Numbered from the stretch's first letter, positions 50,031-59,906 are shown. The stretch: 64,000 nt of DNA from an uncultured Rhabdochlamydiaceae bacterium (GCA_963712275.1 CAVQHD010000001.1:64001-128000); one strand, 5' to 3'. Numbers and translations: made by a program. Notes: generated from the letters alone by a model not told the origin.

Positions 50031-51664
50031 ATCCATTTCTGAACGATAGGATACCGGCGTCCGACGCCAAATGATTTTTTGCTGACCCGAATGTTGGGAG
50101 CTGCTTGGCGCCGTTTGTACTCCGCCAAATGAATCCGTCGGACAAGATCGTAGACGAGGTCTTTAGGAAGATGATGGACTTCAACAATCTCTTGAGGCGA
50201 TAGCAAATCTTCCACATACGATTGCACGACGGCATCGACAATCGAGTACTCGGGAAGGGTATCGGTTGCCTGCTGCCTAGGCCTCAGCTCAGGCGAAGGC
50301 GGTTTATCTAAAATAGATTGCGGAATAAATTCTGTTTGCCGATTCAGCCATCTGGCAAGTAAATAAACTTGAGTCTTTGTGACGTCGCCAATCACGGCAA
50401 GCCCGCCTGACATATCTCCATAAAGCGTGCAATACCCCATGGCAAGTTCGCTTTTATTGCCAGTGCTCAAAACAAGGGCCCCAAGTTTATTGGAAAGCGA
50501 CATGAGCGTTAAGCCTCGCAGGCGGGACTGAATGTTTTCTTCAGTCACATCAAACGATTTGCCTTTAAAATGGGGAACCAGATTTTTAAGACACTCTTCA
50601 TACATCGGCTGAATCGAAATCTCTTTCCAATGGATCCCAAGTCGGTGCGCAAGCTTCTTTGCATCGATTAAACTCGAAGGAGCATTATATTCCGAAGGCA
50701 TTCCAACGCCGAGGACGTTCTCTTTACCAAGCGCCTCGGCTACAATACAAGCGACCAGCGCAGAATCGATCCCCCCTGAAAGTCCAAGAATCCCTTTTTT
50801 AAACCCTTGCTTATGAAAATAATCGCGTGTTCCTAAAACAAGCGCATGGAAAAGATCTCCTACCGGATCGTATTCAAATGGACAAGGACGGACGACAGCC
50901 GCTTCAAGATCAACCACCATCCAATCTTCCTCAAACCCTTTACCAAGCTGCCTGAGCTCTCCATCCGCTCCAATCACAATGCTATATCCAGAAAAAATGA
51001 GTTGGTCATTTCCTCCTACCTGCGCACAGAGAACCACCGGTGTCTTAAGCGTTTTGAAAACCTCTTGGCAGACTTTAACCCGCGTCTCCAATTTTTGAAA
51101 ATAGTATGGTGAAGCCGAAAGATTGAGGAGAATGTCGATCTGCTGCTTTGCAAGCTCCTGTACAGGATCGCAGCTGTAGCGAGTAAAGCCCACCTGATTG
51201 GCATGTTCCCAAATGTCTTCGCAGATGAGAACACCGATCCGTTTCCCTTTCCACTCCCATGTTTGAAATTGATCTCCAGGCTCAAAATACCGCCTTTCAT
51301 CAAACACATCATAGGTTGGCAAAAGCACTTTGTCATGAAACCCGATGACTTTCCCGTCTTGCAGAATTGCCGCGCTATTCAGAAGCGATTTTTCTCCTTT
51401 AGCAAAATTACGGCGCACAAGACCCACTACCGCCATCAGCCCCTGCGTATGAGAAGTAACTTCTTCAAGAGCCTCTTCCCCTGCAATAACAAACCCCTCG
51501 TGGAGTAAAAAATCCTCTGGGGGATATCCAGACAAGGCTAGCTCTGAGAAAAGGACAATATCAACCTTTTCTTCCCTTCCTTTATCTAGGGATTGAATAA
51601 TTTTTTTAACGTTTTCCTTGTAATCACCAATGGTTAAATCAAGCTGGGCAACTAATATCTTCAT
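50027..51664 (-). CDS. nadE: glutamine-dependent NAD+ synthetase
   Basis: nitrilase domain (GYPPED, ICEDIW) plus GLSGGIDS, TGNKSE, TLYGD. Confidence 0.95.
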   Translation of the reverse strand: MKILVAQLDLTIGDYKENVKKIIQSLDKGREEKVDIVLFSELALSGYPPEDFLLHEGFVIAGEEALEEVTSHTQGLMAVVGLVRRNFAKGEKSLLNSAAILQDGKVIGFHDKVLLPTYDVFDERRYFEPGDQFQTWEWKGKRIGVLICEDIWEHANQVGFTRYSCDPVQELAKQQIDILLNLSASPYYFQKLETRVKVCQEVFKTLKTPVVLCAQVGGNDQLIFSGYSIVIGADGELRQLGKGFEEDWMVVDLEAAVVRPCPFEYDPVGDLFHALVLGTRDYFHKQGFKKGILGLSGGIDSALVACIVAEALGKENVLGVGMPSEYNAPSSLIDAKKLAHRLGIHWKEISIQPMYEECLKNLVPHFKGKSFDVTEENIQSRLRGLTLMSLSNKLGALVLSTGNKSELAMGYCTLYGDMSGGLAVIGDVTKTQVYLLARWLNRQTEFIPQSILDKPPSPELRPRQQATDTLPEYSIVDAVVQSYVEDLLSPQEIVEVHHLPKDLVYDLVRRIHLAEYKRRQAAPNIRVSKKSFGVGRRYPIVQKWI

Positions 51665-51680
51665 CTGTATAATTACCTCT

Positions 51681-53468
51681 ATGGCACAAGGTACTCTTAA
51701 AATCCATACTCAAAATATTCTTCCAATTATCAAGCAATGGCTTTATTCCGATAAAGACGTTTTTGTTCGAGAGCTCGTCTCCAATAGCACAGACGCCCTT
51801 CGAAAACTGCAAATTCTCCGAGATCAGGGGGCCATTAATTTCTCCGACGATGAACTCAAAATCGAACTCTTGATAAACCGCGAAGGAAAAACACTTCAAG
51901 TCCTCGATTCCGGCTTAGGAATGACCAGCGAGGAGGTTGAAAAATACATCGCTCAAATCGCATTTTCAGGAGCTGAAGAATTTGTCAGCAAATACCAAGG
52001 TAGCGGCAGCGAGCCGATCATTGGCCACTTTGGCCTTGGATTTTACTCGGCTTATATGGTTGCAAAAAAAGTCACCATTGATACTTTATCCTATCTTCCT
52101 AACTCAAAGGCCGCCTTTTGGTCATGTGATGGCTCTTCTGACTATACCATCGAAGAAGGAACCCGCCCAAGCCGTGGCACAACAATCACCCTTCACATTG
52201 ACAAAGAGAATGAAGAAATTTTAGACGAATCCAAGCTTAGAAACATTCTTTTACTCCATTGCCGATTTTTACCATTTCCGATTTTTCTGAATGGAACCCG
52301 AATCAATGATAAAGAGCCTCTCTGGATTAAAGCACCCTCAGAATGTCAAGAGGCCGATTACCTTGACTTTTACCATACGCTTTACCCTCTCTCTTCAGAC
52401 CCCGTCTTTTGGATCCATCTGAATGTCGACGTCCCTTTCCATCTCAAGGGAATTCTTTATTTTCCAAAACTGGGACGCCATTTCGAGTGGAATCAAAACA
52501 ATGTGCAACTCTATGTAAACCGCGTCTTTGTTTCAGGCAGCTGCAAAGACATCCTTCCCGATTTTCTACTGCCACTTCAAGGAGCCCTTGACAGCCCCGA
52601 CATCCCCATCAACGTCTCTAGAAGCTCCCTGCAAGTCGACCGTGTTGTCAAGCAACTTTCCGCCCATATCTCAAAAAAAGTCGCCGACAAACTCTCTTCT
52701 TTATTCCACCAAGAACGGGAAAAGTTTCTCGCTTTTTGGCCAGAAATTGAGCTGATCATCAAGCTCGGCATCCTCCAAGACGATAAATTTTATGCCAAAG
52801 CTCAAGAGTTCCTTGTCTGGAAAACCACCCAGGATCGGTTTCTAACCCTCCAGGAGATTCAAGCTGAATGCCCTGAAAAAGTTCTTTATACCTCTGACCT
52901 CCACACTCCTCTTTTAAAGCTCTACCCATCAACCCCCATTCTTCACTCTACCTCCCCTATCGATATCCACCTCTTCCAGCTCCTTGAATCTAAACTCAAG
53001 CTCAAATTCCACCGCATTGACGGAAGCCTCGACCCTGCTCTCCTCGACCCCTCACGAGAAAAAACATTGCTCGATGTCGAAGGCAAGACGGAAAGCGGCC
53101 ACATGAGTGATTTTTTCAGAAAAGCACTGGGCTCCGATCATCTCACCGTCGAAGCTAAAAGCCTCTCTTCCAATGACCTCCCAGCAATCCTCATCGTGGA
53201 TGAGCAGTCTCGCCGACTGAGAGATGCGATGGCCTTCAGAGACCCTTCCTCGTCACTCCCTCTTAAAACAACTTTTGTGGTGAATACCAACAGCCCCCTG
53301 ATCAATTCCCTCTACCGCCTCCACGAGCGAGAGCCGGAACTGGCTCAAACCATCGCAAAGCACTTGCACGACCTTGCTCAGCTAGGGCACAAAGAGTTCA
53401 ACGCAAGTGACCTTGCGCATCGCTCCACTCAGATCCTTGAAAAACTTCTGGGACAGATTTCTCCTTAA
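51681..53468 (+). CDS. htpG: molecular chaperone HtpG
   Basis: LYSDKDVFVRELVSN, DSGLGM, IGHFGLGFYS; start at MAQGTL. Confidence 0.96.
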   Translation: MAQGTLKIHTQNILPIIKQWLYSDKDVFVRELVSNSTDALRKLQILRDQGAINFSDDELKIELLINREGKTLQVLDSGLGMTSEEVEKYIAQIAFSGAEEFVSKYQGSGSEPIIGHFGLGFYSAYMVAKKVTIDTLSYLPNSKAAFWSCDGSSDYTIEEGTRPSRGTTITLHIDKENEEILDESKLRNILLLHCRFLPFPIFLNGTRINDKEPLWIKAPSECQEADYLDFYHTLYPLSSDPVFWIHLNVDVPFHLKGILYFPKLGRHFEWNQNNVQLYVNRVFVSGSCKDILPDFLLPLQGALDSPDIPINVSRSSLQVDRVVKQLSAHISKKVADKLSSLFHQEREKFLAFWPEIELIIKLGILQDDKFYAKAQEFLVWKTTQDRFLTLQEIQAECPEKVLYTSDLHTPLLKLYPSTPILHSTSPIDIHLFQLLESKLKLKFHRIDGSLDPALLDPSREKTLLDVEGKTESGHMSDFFRKALGSDHLTVEAKSLSSNDLPAILIVDEQSRRLRDAMAFRDPSSSLPLKTTFVVNTNSPLINSLYRLHEREPELAQTIAKHLHDLAQLGHKEFNASDLAHRSTQILEKLLGQISP

Positions 53469-53507
53469 AAAACCCTAACCCCCTTAAAACGAAAAGGTTT
53501 TATTAAC

Positions 53508-53546
53508 TGTTGCAAATTGCAACAACAACTGTTACAATCCGCAACA
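53508..53546. promoter_or_regulatory. two TGTTGC-N5-GCAACA palindromes, 22-bp period
   Basis: TGTTGCAAATTGCAACA at 53508-53524 and an imperfect copy at 53530-53546. Confidence 0.6.
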
Positions 53547-53556
53547 GTGGAATTTT

Positions 53557-54783
53557 ATGCTTAAAAGACACCTGCAAGACGAACTCGAAGCGTACCTCAA
53601 ACTGATGCCTGTTGTTCTTCTGACAGGCGCTCGCCAGACAGGTAAAACGACTCTTGTCGAAACACTTACCCACGACAAAAACTATTTCCTTGTCACTTTT
53701 GATGATGAACTTTCACTTTCTAATGCCAAACGAGATCCTTCAGGATGGCTTGCTGCGCTTCCGAAGCCTCTTGTGATTGACGAGGTACAAAGAGTTCCAG
53801 AAATTTTTTTACAGCTAAAGAAAGAAGTTGACCAAGACCGAGTTCCAGGACGGTATCTTCTCACTGGCTCAGCTAATCCTCTTTTGATCCCTAAACTTGG
53901 AGATTCTCTTGCCGGCAGAATGGGAATTCTAACTCTATACCCATTTTCTCAAGGAGAACTTCAGCAAAAAAAAGAAACTTTCTTATCCCGAATCTTTCAA
54001 GAGCAACTGTCAACAATTAAAGCTGATCCTCTCAGCCAAGACCATCTTTTTGAAATTCTCTTAAAAGGAGGATTTCCCGTGGTTCAAACGCTTGACAATC
54101 CAGCCGATATTTCTCGGTGGTTGCAGTCTTATTTGCAAACCATGATGGAGCGAGACGTGCGAGATCTTTCCAACATCGAAGGCCTTCGTGAGTTTCCAAG
54201 ATTATTTCGACTTCTTGCAACACGTTCAGCAATGCTTTTAAACACCGCAGATATTTCACGTTCTTTAGGACTTGTCTCAATTACACTGAGCCGCTACCTT
54301 CGACTCCTTGAAACTCTCTATTTTATTGAACTCTTGCCCGCATGGTACTCCAATCTAGGAAAGCGGTTGATTAAATCTCCTAAACTCCATTTTTGCGACA
54401 CCTCTATCATGGCTGAGCTATTAAATATTGACTCTAGTCGTCTGAAAAATGATCCAAGCCTTGCGGGACAGTTTTTAGAAACATTTGTCTTTGGGGAGCT
54501 GCTCAAACAAAAAAGTTGGTCTTCCACCCCTTTCGATCTCTACCATTTCCGTGATGGGGATAAAGAAGTTGATTTTGTCTTAGAAAAAAGAGATGGCTCT
54601 ATCATCGGAATTGAAGTGAAAAGCTCTAGATCTCTTCAAGCCGATGATTTGAAAGGACTTAAACACCTTCAAACGCTTTCAAATAATAAGTTTTATCTAG
54701 GTATTGTTCTTCATATGGGGACTCAGGTGGAGCCTTTAGGACCACGCCTATGGGCTCTTCCCCTCCAAGCGTTATGGAACTAA
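53557..54783 (+). CDS. AAA+ ATPase with DUF4143 domain
   Basis: GARQTGKT, IDEVQ, LTGS, GGFP, EVDFV..IEVK. Confidence 0.9.
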   Translation: MLKRHLQDELEAYLKLMPVVLLTGARQTGKTTLVETLTHDKNYFLVTFDDELSLSNAKRDPSGWLAALPKPLVIDEVQRVPEIFLQLKKEVDQDRVPGRYLLTGSANPLLIPKLGDSLAGRMGILTLYPFSQGELQQKKETFLSRIFQEQLSTIKADPLSQDHLFEILLKGGFPVVQTLDNPADISRWLQSYLQTMMERDVRDLSNIEGLREFPRLFRLLATRSAMLLNTADISRSLGLVSITLSRYLRLLETLYFIELLPAWYSNLGKRLIKSPKLHFCDTSIMAELLNIDSSRLKNDPSLAGQFLETFVFGELLKQKSWSSTPFDLYHFRDGDKEVDFVLEKRDGSIIGIEVKSSRSLQADDLKGLKHLQTLSNNKFYLGIVLHMGTQVEPLGPRLWALPLQALWN

Positions 54784-55992
54784 TTTTCTCCTCGAAATTT
54801 CTTGAACACACCTATGCTGTGGACGAGGGAGCAAAACCAATTGATCGACGACTACTCCTGTCGCCATGCGAGCTTCAAGCACGGCTCTCTGCGGACTTAA
54901 GTGGACAAACCAACAGGCGTTTACCGAAGCCGATTTCTCTAAATACCAGAGCTCTTCCGGTGTCTTGACCCTTCGTGGAGGAGCACCCCATGAGCCATCC
55001 CCTAAATAAACGACCCCGGCGGGATCTTTTTGCCCTCCCCGGATTGGATACGTTCGCTTAAACGCATGGCTATGGTGCTCAAAAGCAGCACATAAGTGCG
55101 CCTGTTCAAAAAGTGGCGCCCAATTCCTTCTAATCGACTCAGCCACCTCTCCCTTGAATTTATAAACAGAAGGGTATGCTCCAATGTGATAGGCGGCAAA
55201 TAAATAACGATTTTCAGATCTTTTCATCACCTCTTTTAGCCACTCTGTTTGTACCCCTTCAATAGGCCATGTATGCCCTGTATCAAGGAGAATGAGACTC
55301 AAATAATCGCCCATTTCCATCATCCGATAGGCACACCCCTTCTCAGGGAAGGGAAAAATGTCATAAAAGATTTCATAACCGCTTCTTTTATGCACATCGT
55401 GATTGCCCACCACTGGAAGGAGTGGAATCAGCCGACCCTCTTTTGTTTGGAGCGACTTTTGTAGCTCTTTTAAAAACTGTTGCCACCGCTCCATTTCCCA
55501 TTCTAGCCCCTTAAAAAGCCTTTTAGTCCCCGTCGTGTAGGCTAAATCCCCTCCTAGTACCACAAAATCTGGATCATCGAAACAAACCGCCAAATTCATT
55601 CGGTGAAACGCTTCAAATTCTTCATCGTAAAAAATATCTCCTCCCACAACAAACCGCACCTCTCTACTCAGGCTGCGGGGCAGCGTACGAAACCGATAGA
55701 CTTTTTGACTCCCCTCAATCTTAAAAATATAGATCGTATTAGACTCAAGCCTTTCAAGCTGAGATACATGAACAGTGACCTTCGTTCCTGGGATAGGATG
55801 AGACTCAGCCCCGGCAGAAACCCATTTCGTCTCTCCTTCCGGATGAAACCAGACATCCCCTCCTGTCCCATGCCAAACCACTGTCATAGTCGTCGTCGGA
55901 TCGCGGATCCACGTCAGATAGATCACATCGGGCTCCCCCGCTCCTAACACACATCCCAAGGAGAAAAATAGCCCCAACACAAACTTAATCAA
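54772..55992 (-). CDS. secreted metallophosphoesterase (purple acid phosphatase-like, FN3 N-terminus)
   Basis: signal peptide; GGD, GGDLAY, GNHD, EHHSH motifs. Confidence 0.88.
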   Translation of the reverse strand: MIKFVLGLFFSLGCVLGAGEPDVIYLTWIRDPTTTMTVVWHGTGGDVWFHPEGETKWVSAGAESHPIPGTKVTVHVSQLERLESNTIYIFKIEGSQKVYRFRTLPRSLSREVRFVVGGDIFYDEEFEAFHRMNLAVCFDDPDFVVLGGDLAYTTGTKRLFKGLEWEMERWQQFLKELQKSLQTKEGRLIPLLPVVGNHDVHKRSGYEIFYDIFPFPEKGCAYRMMEMGDYLSLILLDTGHTWPIEGVQTEWLKEVMKRSENRYLFAAYHIGAYPSVYKFKGEVAESIRRNWAPLFEQAHLCAAFEHHSHAFKRTYPIRGGQKDPAGVVYLGDGSWGAPPRRVKTPEELWYLEKSASVNACWFVHLSPQRAVLEARMATGVVVDQLVLLPRPQHRCVQEISRRKLVP

Positions 55993-56135
55993 TTGATCCT
56001 CAGAAGCTTATATAGATTAAAATCGCAGCCTGTTTATTTAAAAAGAGTTCTAGTTTTTATATACATATAAAATGTTTTATTTACAAATAATACAATTTGT
56101 TTTATAATCATATATAATGTTTTAAGGAAAAACCT

Positions 56136-56993
56136 ATGTCTAGCAAAATTACTCGTTGCGCCTACGATCCAACAGGAAACGATGACTTTACATCCCCTAT
56201 TAATCCAGCCAGCCAATTTAACTCTAATGGCGCACACGACATCAGCAAACTCGTCCATCGCATTGTAACCACCCATCTTGGGTATACAGGCAACAAGCCA
56301 TACACCCTTACCCTTAAGCGCAAACAAATTACATTAGACATCAATGGCAAAGCAGCCAGTTTTCTGCGATTGGAAAATGGGCGGTGGGAGCTGAAACGTG
56401 GCGGCAGCGCAACGAATGCTAAGGCAAGTAGTCAAATTTCAAACGACGTGAATGCCACCCTCGACGAAATCAAGGCAGCCAATACGGCAGCCAGGGGTAA
56501 CAAGAAGAGTACGCGTGCTTTAAAGCGCCCTTTCGTTCGAGATGCTGATAGTGGTAGTGATGATGAAGAGGATGAGGCTACAGAATCTTGCTATGTAAGG
56601 GCTACTCATAACCTTAACCAACACGGTAGGCCTACACCCTCTACCACAACCGGCACAAGCCCTAGCATAAATCAAGGACAGGGCCCAGACTCCACCGCAG
56701 CTCTAATAGAAGCTATCCACACTATCGGAAGAACTTCACAAGAGCAAATGGACATTATTAGACGACTCATAGACCAGCGAGAACAACAAGCAGCTTATAC
56801 AGGTAGAGCCACTGATGATGACCATCAAGGAAAAGAAATTGAGCGCTTAAAGGCGGAGCTTAGAGAAATGCAGGCAACGGCTCAAAAAACACAAGAGGCT
56901 TTGCAAGCAGAGATTCAAAGACTTGAAGAAACAAATCAGTCATTTGCAATAATACAAAAAGAACAAGAAGACTTACTTAAAGATATTAATTAA
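56136..56993 (+). CDS. hypothetical protein with C-terminal coiled coil
   Basis: 285 aa; acidic patch DADSGSDDEEDE; heptad-rich end. Confidence 0.7.
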   Translation: MSSKITRCAYDPTGNDDFTSPINPASQFNSNGAHDISKLVHRIVTTHLGYTGNKPYTLTLKRKQITLDINGKAASFLRLENGRWELKRGGSATNAKASSQISNDVNATLDEIKAANTAARGNKKSTRALKRPFVRDADSGSDDEEDEATESCYVRATHNLNQHGRPTPSTTTGTSPSINQGQGPDSTAALIEAIHTIGRTSQEQMDIIRRLIDQREQQAAYTGRATDDDHQGKEIERLKAELREMQATAQKTQEALQAEIQRLEETNQSFAIIQKEQEDLLKDIN

Positions 56994-57013
56994 TAAAAAA
57001 TAAGGAGAAAAAA

Positions 57014-57433
57014 ATGTCAGCCAACCCTATTCAACAACTTACAAGTGCTGTTGATAATGTAACAACTATTCCTGCAAAAATGGACCCTATTACAGCGAAA
57101 ATTAAAATTTTGCTCAGAAATAATCAAGAGCAGAAAGCGCAAATTGCGGAGTTGCAAGATCAAAATAAAACTCTAACAGATCGAGCTCTTGAAGCAGAGG
57201 AAAAAAATGCAGCAAAAGATGCTCAAATTGCTCAACTAAACAAAACAAACATTGAGCAAGCTCAAACAATCGAGAACAAAGCAAAAGAAAATACTCAGCT
57301 CTCAAGAAATATTGATGAGCTTAACCAAGCTATTGAAAGCCTCAAGGAAAAACTGTTGACTTTCACTACTGACCATTCAACAAGACTGGACTCTCAATTA
57401 GAGTTACTTAAAGATATTAAACTTAATCAATAA
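57014..57433 (+). CDS. coiled-coil hypothetical protein (paralog of next gene)
   Basis: SD AGGAG; IPAKMDPITAKIKILL.NNQEQKAQI. Confidence 0.75.
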   Translation: MSANPIQQLTSAVDNVTTIPAKMDPITAKIKILLRNNQEQKAQIAELQDQNKTLTDRALEAEEKNAAKDAQIAQLNKTNIEQAQTIENKAKENTQLSRNIDELNQAIESLKEKLLTFTTDHSTRLDSQLELLKDIKLNQ

Positions 57434-57453
57434 AAAAACAAAGAGAAAAAACA

Positions 57454-58065
57454 ATGTCAACCAAAGCTATTGCAGGTCTTACCGACGCGGTTACTAAAAT
57501 AGAAACCATTCCTGCGCAAATGGACCCTATTACAGAGAAAATTAAAATTTTGCTCAAAAATAATCAAGAGCAGAAAGCGCAAATTATAGATCTGAAAAGG
57601 CAAAATGAGCAGCTTCAAAAAGAAAATACACACAAAACAGCACGTCTAGACCTCGTCGAAAAGGCTTGGACAGCAGCTGTGAACATCAAATTGGAGAGAG
57701 AAGAGGAAATTAGAGCCCTCAAGGCAGAAAATCAGAGCCTTCAAGCAGAGAATACCTGCAAAATTTCACAGTTACGCCATACCGAACAGTTTGTGTGCAA
57801 GATCAGCGACGAGCGTGATCAGCTGAGTGCCAAGCTTTCCAAGGCTATCGAGGAACAAAACGAGCTCGTTGATAAAACCACTGTGGTTTTGGCAAAAATG
57901 AAACGAGAGCGTACTTTACTGGTGCAACAATGTCTTCAGCTAGCTCATGCGCTTCATCAAGAAAAAAAGCTGGCTGGCTTCTCCGCTGATGAAAAAACAC
58001 CAGCGGAAGAAGGATCCTTGCATCCGTCATGGGTCGGAGAGGTAAGCGGAGTCTTTCTTTTTTAA
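57454..58065 (+). CDS. coiled-coil hypothetical protein
   Basis: IPAQMDPITEKIKILL.NNQEQKAQI. Confidence 0.75.
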   Translation: MSTKAIAGLTDAVTKIETIPAQMDPITEKIKILLKNNQEQKAQIIDLKRQNEQLQKENTHKTARLDLVEKAWTAAVNIKLEREEEIRALKAENQSLQAENTCKISQLRHTEQFVCKISDERDQLSAKLSKAIEEQNELVDKTTVVLAKMKRERTLLVQQCLQLAHALHQEKKLAGFSADEKTPAEEGSLHPSWVGEVSGVFLF

Positions 58066-58454
58066 GAACCTTCAGTAACAGCCTGGACCTCAGGAGTCTC
58101 TTCTGTGCCGGGTTGAACATCGGAGATGGCAGCTTTAAGCACTTCGATTTTCGATCCATCCACCATTTTTAAAATCACAGAGCTCTTTCCATCGGCGCTA
58201 TCTGCAACTCGGACAACAGTTCCAAGGATCCCCATTGCGGTGACTCGATCCCCTTTCTTGATGGAGCTCCGTTGTTTTTCAAGCGTTTTACGTCGCTTTT
58301 GCTCTGGTCGCCAAAGTAGGAAGTAGAAAAAGAGAACACCAAAACCCACAAGCATGAGCGTTTGCATAAAATTATTTTCTCTCACAGGAGCTACTGCTTC
58401 ATCTGCAAAGAGAGAACCGGCTGCTAGAAGAAAAAAACAAAGTTTATCGAACAT
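58062..58454 (-). CDS. yajC: preprotein translocase subunit YajC
   Basis: FYFLLWRPEQKRRK..KKGDRVTAMGILGTV. Confidence 0.93.
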   Translation of the reverse strand: MFDKLCFFLLAAGSLFADEAVAPVRENNFMQTLMLVGFGVLFFYFLLWRPEQKRRKTLEKQRSSIKKGDRVTAMGILGTVVRVADSADGKSSVILKMVDGSKIEVLKAAISDVQPGTEETPEVQAVTEGS

Positions 58455-58523
58455 AACACCTCAAATGTTAAACTGTTTAATTTTCCCATTGTGCCTGATG
58501 ATCAGCACTTTTTTCAAGAAAAT

Positions 58524-59687
58524 TCATTTTTTGAGGTAACAAATATTTTCTATATGAGGCGTATGAGGAAATTGGTCAATAGGTTGCACCTGAAGAGGGG
58601 TGTATTCGGGAAGCTCAAATAAATTCTGAGCTTGGGTTTTGGGGTTACAGGAGATGTAAAGAATTTGTAGAGGGTTTAAGGCTCGAAGAATTTCCAAAGC
58701 AGGACGGTCAAGCCCTGCACGTGGAGGGTCGAGGATCACAAGGTCCGGTTTAGGAAAGTTATTTTTAGCAAGTGTTTGAGCGACATCCCCTTGATAAAGG
58801 TTTATGTTTGAAAGGCGGTTGATCTCGCAATTCACTTTTCCATCAAAGACAGCATAAGGGTTGAGTTCAATTCCAATAACCTGTTTAACCCTTGGAGCAG
58901 ATAAAATCCCCAAGATCGCTGTTCCACAGTAGAGGTCGTAGATACACGCCTTCGGGGTGAGGTAGGGTAGCCGGAGAGCCGTCTCATAGAGCACTTCAGC
59001 TTGCTCCGTGTTGGGTTGGAAAAAAGAACTGGGGCTGATTTTAAATAAAAAGCGGCGCCCTTCAATGGTAAGTTCTTCGTCAAGATGCGTTGCCCCTGCA
59101 AGATGTATTTCAAAAAATTGAGTTGGTCTTCCAGCAATTGCCTGATGAATTTGGAGGAAAATACTCGCAGAAGGGTCGCAGATAGCATCGACAAATTGGT
59201 TAATTTGTGATTGGGTCATGGCAAACTGAGGATTTCCGGAAACAGTTAGGATGATCATCTTCTTGCCACTTGCGCGAGACTGTCGAATAGTCAGGGTACG
59301 GAGGGTTCCTTCCCCTGAGCGAAAATGAAAGGCTCGAAGTAGGCTCTTTTCCCACCACTGATAAACACTACTTAAGATCTCTGCAAATCCATCAGGGGCA
59401 ATTAAACACTGCTGTAAATTGAATACTTTTCCCCGTGATTTTTTTAAGATCAAGCCAAGAAATCGGTCGCCTGCTTTATTCTGAGAAAAAGAAAATTCCA
59501 TCTTATTACGGTACCGCCAAGGGGTTTGACAACCGATGATTGGAGAAACTGTAGTGGAAGGAAAAAGAGCTTGAACGAAAGATTGTTTCGATTGAAGTTG
59601 CTGATTATAAGAAATATCTTGAAAACGACATCCGCCACAGGCAGGGAAATGGAGGCACTGAATTGCTTCGTAAGCTTCAAAATTCAT
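58524..59687 (-). CDS. rlmD: 23S rRNA m5U methyltransferase (RlmD/TrmA family)
   Basis: C.HF..CGGC, FFQPN, DLYCG, LDPPRAG, YISCNP, DQFPHTPHIE. Confidence 0.88.
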   Translation of the reverse strand: MNFEAYEAIQCLHFPACGGCRFQDISYNQQLQSKQSFVQALFPSTTVSPIIGCQTPWRYRNKMEFSFSQNKAGDRFLGLILKKSRGKVFNLQQCLIAPDGFAEILSSVYQWWEKSLLRAFHFRSGEGTLRTLTIRQSRASGKKMIILTVSGNPQFAMTQSQINQFVDAICDPSASIFLQIHQAIAGRPTQFFEIHLAGATHLDEELTIEGRRFLFKISPSSFFQPNTEQAEVLYETALRLPYLTPKACIYDLYCGTAILGILSAPRVKQVIGIELNPYAVFDGKVNCEINRLSNINLYQGDVAQTLAKNNFPKPDLVILDPPRAGLDRPALEILRALNPLQILYISCNPKTQAQNLFELPEYTPLQVQPIDQFPHTPHIENICYLKK

Positions 59688-59788
59688 TGATGAAGTCTAT
59701 CCGATGCGAGATTAAAACTGTGGCAATAATTTATTTTATTCTGGGTTTTTTGAAATATCCCTAGCATTTCAATCACTTCTTCCTGTAG

Positions 59789-59872
59789 ACTGGGGATTGA
59801 GTTTGAGTTCTTACGTCCCGCGTGCAAAGGATTGCCCTTGGGGAATCGATAGATCAGACTTTAAACCCCAGT
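59789..59872 (+). promoter_or_regulatory. putative structured 5' leader of the RRM gene
   Basis: ACTGGGG..TTGAGTTTGA pairs with TCAGACTTTAA..CCCCAGT, enclosing inner hairpins. Confidence 0.45.
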
Positions 59873-59906
59873 GGGGAATTTGTTTTTTTAAGGAAAAAAG
59901 GAATTT

